Source of the DNA: an uncultured virus (IMG/VR IMGVR_UViG_3300044701_004307)
Lineage: Duplodnaviria > Heunggongvirae > Uroviricota > Caudoviricetes
Reading direction: 5' to 3' (one strand)
IMG/VR virus record: IMGVR_UViG_3300044701_004307
Length of the DNA: 20,000 bases
Of this stretch, positions 17,486-20,000 are shown one piece after another. Position numbers and translations under genes: made by a program. The notes beneath the pieces are model-generated. The model was not told the DNA's origin, searched no databases, and saw only the letters and a program-made list of their open reading frames with translations. Position 1 is the first letter of the stretch; each line of letters begins with the position of its first letter.

Positions 17486-17880
17486 GAGTGGACCAGGTAA
17501 ATGGCACCGTCTCCACCAGCGGGAGCCGTAAACAAAGTGCTGGATGCAAAATACTGGTAAAGTAGCCCGCGAATACGCTGCAACTCTCGCTCAGGGCTAT
17601 ACGAGGTGCCAGGGTTGGTCGCGGCCCATTCCAGCACGTCTACCTTGGTCAAAATACGCCCTTCGGAAGTCTCGTTCAACGTCGCCAAGCTCGACTGGGC
17701 TGTCTCCCAGGCGTCTAGTAGGTCAATGATCGGAGAGACTACACTCGGGACCTGCTCGGCCAAGTAGTTCATGTCCTGCTGGATCCGCGTCACCTGGTAG
17801 ATGCCAACCGGAAGACCCGCAGCAACTAACGTACGTACATCATCGCCCTCTGACCAGCCGAGCGCGGTATTCAGAGACAT
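17482..17880 (-). CDS. Probable head-tail adaptor protein
   Basis: 132-aa helical protein with LTKVDVLEW; first gene of the neck cluster. Confidence 0.6.
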   Translation of the reverse strand: MSLNTALGWSEGDDVRTLVAAGLPVGIYQVTRIQQDMNYLAEQVPSVVSPIIDLLDAWETAQSSLATLNETSEGRILTKVDVLEWAATNPGTSYSPERELQRIRGLLYQYFASSTLFTAPAGGDGAIYLVHS

Positions 17881-17904
17881 CGCAATTAGATGGGGAGGCG
17901 TCAG

Positions 17905-17914
17905 CTAGTTTTCC
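17905..17914 (-). promoter_or_regulatory. Putative late promoter motif GGAAAACTAG
   Basis: 24 nt upstream of ATG 17880, at the head of the cluster. Confidence 0.7.
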
Positions 17915-17960
17915 GTAACATAAACGCTCACCGTATCATGTGGGTAATCGTACTCACCAA

Positions 17961-18167
17961 ATGCTCCTTGATGTCCTGACGCTTACCATAATCTTGCGGG
18001 CAAAAGATCATATCGCCGCAAAACAGTTCCTCAGGGAATTGACCTATAGACCCCAATACGCAGAAGTTGAAGGGGTCTCTGATTACCCTAAGACGATTGT
18101 CCTTAAAGCAGTCGCAATCTGTGGAGGCTCCTCCCATCAGTGGCTGGAAGGGGTGTTTGATGGCTGA
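17961..18167 (+). CDS. Small hypothetical protein
   Basis: 68 aa from ATG 17961 (MLLDVLTLTIILRAKDH...) or 75 aa from GTG 17940; divergent from the neck cluster. Confidence 0.5.
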   Translation: MLLDVLTLTIILRAKDHIAAKQFLRELTYRPQYAEVEGVSDYPKTIVLKAVAICGGSSHQWLEGVFDG

Positions 18168-18226
18168 TTTGGGAAAATTTTGCTGGAATTTTGAGGGGGC
18201 TGACTGTCATCTGGCTTTTGCTGGAT

Positions 18227-18249
18227 GGGGTGGGGGTACCCCCTACCCC
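18227..18249. repeat. G/C-tract palindrome GGGGT-GGGGGTACCCCC-T-ACCCC
   Basis: Perfect 12-bp palindrome at 18232-18243 with matching outer arms. Confidence 0.85.
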
Positions 18250-18251
18250 CA

Positions 18252-18395
18252 GTAAAATAAGTTGTCCGACAATAGAAAAAATATTATTATTAATAATATT
18301 TATTTTTTTTATTTTTTTTTTAAAAAAAAACTAAAGGAGTCTTCAAAAATTTAATTTATAAAATATATTTATTTTTTTTTATTAATTAATTACAG
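18252..18395. other. Extreme AT-rich tract with palindromes
   Basis: Very few G/C; AAATATTATTA-T-TAATAATATTT (18279-18301) and T10A9 (18312-18330). Confidence 0.85.
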
Positions 18396-19235
18396 TTGAC
18401 CTCCGAGGGGGAACATGTAAGCTATTTACAAGCAAGGGATGGTGGGTATCCCCCCTGTACTGCATGCCATGGTATATCTTTTATTATATTAATAATTATT
18501 AAAGGGCATGAGGCAGTGCTAGGGCGTTCCCCTGCTGCGTGCTTCCCCTCTCCCTGTTACATAACAATAATAATAATTATAATTATTAATTCTTAAACGT
18601 TAACAGCTACATCACTCATACTACCTCGGCCAAGGGGGGGCAGGGAGGTGTTATTATTGCAAAACAATTTCCCTATGTGAGTGTGCCCTGTACTATCGAA
18701 GAAGTTCCATGGTTAATATGATCCATTGTGCCATGACCAACACCAGAATCCAATCGTTGACAGCCAGTACTGTACTATGCTTTACTCTGCCATGGGACAA
18801 AGAGATCTGCGAATAATCATTCGCTATCGCATAATAGATAGCACACGCTAAAGCCCACCTTTTAATTGAGCTTTACTCCTTGCCCATTCGCTTATGGGAT
18901 ATGCTTGTCCAGGGAAGTGTTGTGTGATTAGGTGTTCGTTCATACCCCTGGCACTGCCCCTCCCCGGCCTGATCATGAGACTCACCTTTGCAATATCATC
19001 TACAAGACCGCGCCTTGGCAGGCCAGTAGATACCCCCTCCTGCCATGAGGCCATGGGTTACTGTACCCCTGCAATGCAGCAGGCCTGCAGCCAGGGGCCT
19101 GGTCAGGATGTAGTTGGCGTGCGCCACTTGCTCCATGCCCCTTCTTGACCCCTGTTCCCCGTGTCATTCTCTCGGCAGTAATCCGCTATGTCCCCTTCCC
19201 TTGCTTTGCGAAAGGGGGTTATGATGGGCCATTGC

Positions 19236-19274
19236 GTGATCGTGGGCGGCCCGGCGGTCGATGTTCACGCTCAC
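19236..19274 (+). repeat. 39-bp direct repeat copy 1 (hairpin-forming)
   Basis: GTGATCGTGGGCGGCCCGGCGGTCGATGTTCACGCTCAC, identical to 19663-19701. Confidence 0.95.
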
Positions 19275-19275
19275 C

Positions 19276-19290
19276 ATAAGCAATACTGAT
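19276..19290. promoter_or_regulatory. 15-bp palindromic operator-like site ATAAG-CAATA-CTGAT
   Basis: One of four ATHAG-N5-CTDAT copies. Confidence 0.55.
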
Positions 19291-19321
19291 CAATCGGGAT
19301 GGACTGATTAGTAGTCCATAT

Positions 19322-19339
19322 GTTACAGAATGTTACGTT
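19322..19339 (+). promoter_or_regulatory. HLR1-like (RpaB) direct repeat GTTACAGA-AT-GTTACGTT
   Basis: Each half matches (G/T)TTACA(T/A)(T/A) at 7/8 with a 2-nt spacer; lies upstream of a -10 TAGAAT at 19365-19370. Confidence 0.4.
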
Positions 19340-19419
19340 TTCGTCAGCAGGGCCCAAGATCGACTAGAATACAGGCATGCGGGAGAGAAAACCCGCACCA
19401 AATTCAACGGAAAAATCCA

Positions 19420-19557
19420 ATGATCAGTATCACCAATGCTTTCAAGGCCACAATTGCGATTTACCAGCTCTGGGCTTATGAGCAGAGCCACCAGGTAGTT
19501 GATACATCCGTACCAGCCCTGGTCAATTACTGGCAACAATATTACGATTCCCTCTGA
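19420..19557 (+). CDS. 45-aa early-type hypothetical protein
   Basis: MISITNAFKATIAIYQLWAYEQSHQVVDTSVPALVNYWQQYYDSL; preceded by a -10 box, leader hairpin and GGA; followed by a terminator. ATG 19420 is preferred over 19330. Confidence 0.65.
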   Translation: MISITNAFKATIAIYQLWAYEQSHQVVDTSVPALVNYWQQYYDSL

Positions 19558-19572
19558 AAACTGTAACATTTG

Positions 19573-19598
19573 GGCTCCCGATCTCGGGGGCCTTTTTT
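19573..19598 (+). terminator. Rho-independent terminator
   Basis: GGCTCCCGA-TC-TCGGGGGCC followed by TTTTTT. Confidence 0.85.
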
Positions 19599-19661
19599 AT
19601 TAGCGATTCTAATCGATAAGCAATCCTGATTGCCGAACCTCGATAGATTAGCATTGCTTAT
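19599..19661. promoter_or_regulatory. Cluster of three 15-bp palindromic operator-like sites
   Basis: ATTAG-CGATT-CTAAT (19599-19613), ATAAG-CAATC-CTGAT (19616-19630), ATTAG-CATTG-CTTAT (19647-19661). Confidence 0.6.
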
Positions 19662-19662
19662 G

Positions 19663-19701
19663 GTGATCGTGGGCGGCCCGGCGGTCGATGTTCACGCTCA
19701 C
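19663..19701 (+). repeat. 39-bp direct repeat copy 2 (hairpin-forming)
   Basis: Identical to 19236-19274; 427-bp period. Confidence 0.95.
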
Positions 19702-19709
19702 GCGCTTGC

Positions 19710-19737
19710 TTGACACCTGCTGTTAATCGACTATGAT
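19710..19737 (+). promoter_or_regulatory. Sigma70-type early promoter
   Basis: TTGACA (19710-19715), 16 nt, TATGAT (19732-19737), upstream of AAAGGA and ATG 19762. Confidence 0.75.
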
Positions 19738-19761
19738 TCAATTAGTCAAAAGGATCCATCC

Positions 19762-20000
19762 ATGATTGCAGTCCTGCATCCCTTCCATTTTTCTGACGCC
19801 ACCAAGCGCGAACTGGTGCGCAAGGCTGGCGACGCCCAAGACGCAATGTATGATGCGATCCAAGCGTTTGCTGATGCGCTGTATGAAGAGGCTGTCAAGG
19901 TCAAGGGGCATTCCCCGGACCAAGCCGATCTTGTCGTACGCGGTCTCCTGGTGGGTATCGGCGAGGAGATGGCCCATGACTGGGTTTATGGGCCGGATGC
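19762..20000 (+). CDS. Early-type hypothetical protein, 5' part (runs off window)
   Basis: Manual translation MIAVLHPFHFSDATKRELVRKAGDAQDAMYDAIQAFADALYEEAVKVKGHSPDQADLVVRGLLVGIGEEMAHDWVYGPD..., open to the edge; AAAGGA RBS and a promoter lie upstream. Confidence 0.8.
   Translation, partial: MIAVLHPFHFSDATKRELVRKAGDAQDAMYDAIQAFADALYEEAVKVKGHSPDQADLVVRGLLVGIGEEMAHDWVYGPD

Noticed and set aside
17943..17953. GGTAATCGTAC as a late motif for the 17961 gene
   Set aside because: Does not fit GGMANHCTA spacing or sequence.
18067..19148. ORFs 18067, 18396, 18848 and 18894 in the non-coding region
   Set aside because: Low-complexity translations (e.g. poly-Ile), mutual overlaps and no RBS.
19192..19225. 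Sigma70 promoter upstream of repeat copy 1 (TATGAT at 19220)
   Set aside because: No -35 at the correct spacing (TTGCTT is only 13 nt away); too weak to call.
19333..19569. Minus-strand 78-aa ORF and the 19330 start of the plus-strand ORF
   Set aside because: The promoter and terminator are plus-oriented, and the 19330 start lies upstream of the -10 box.
19236..19701. CRISPR array or integron attC sites
   Set aside because: Only two repeats separated by 388 bp, no spacer-sized intervals or cas genes; the ends lack the RYYYAAC/GTTRRRY attC cores.
19738..19977. Minus-strand 79-aa ORF
   Set aside because: Antisense to the plus-strand gene at 19762, which has a promoter and RBS.

Overview
Segment of a long-tailed (siphovirus-type) phage or prophage genome; protein styles and an HLR1-like site hint at a cyanobacterial host (inference). 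Positions 1-17880 are a minus-strand neck/tail morphogenesis cluster in this order: adaptor, an uncalled 55-aa CxxC-CxxC protein, head closure, gp10-like neck protein, frameshifted tail chaperone pair, an oppositely oriented HNH, tail terminator, major tail protein, 1515-aa tape measure, Dit-like, hub, LamG tail fibre and small tail-tip proteins. Almost every intergenic gap in this cluster carries an oriented 10-bp motif, GGMANHCTAV, usually 18-25 nt before the start codon, which looks like a single-element phage late promoter. Positions 18168-19230 are a non-coding strand-switch region with palindromes, an extreme AT tract and short repeats (candidate genome end/packaging site or origin). Positions 19230-20000 begin a plus-strand early-type region. 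There, a promoter-gene-terminator cassette is bracketed by 22-bp inverted repeats and by two identical 39-bp hairpin-forming direct repeats, with repeated 15-bp palindromic operators. This cassette and the late motif are the most novel-looking signals.
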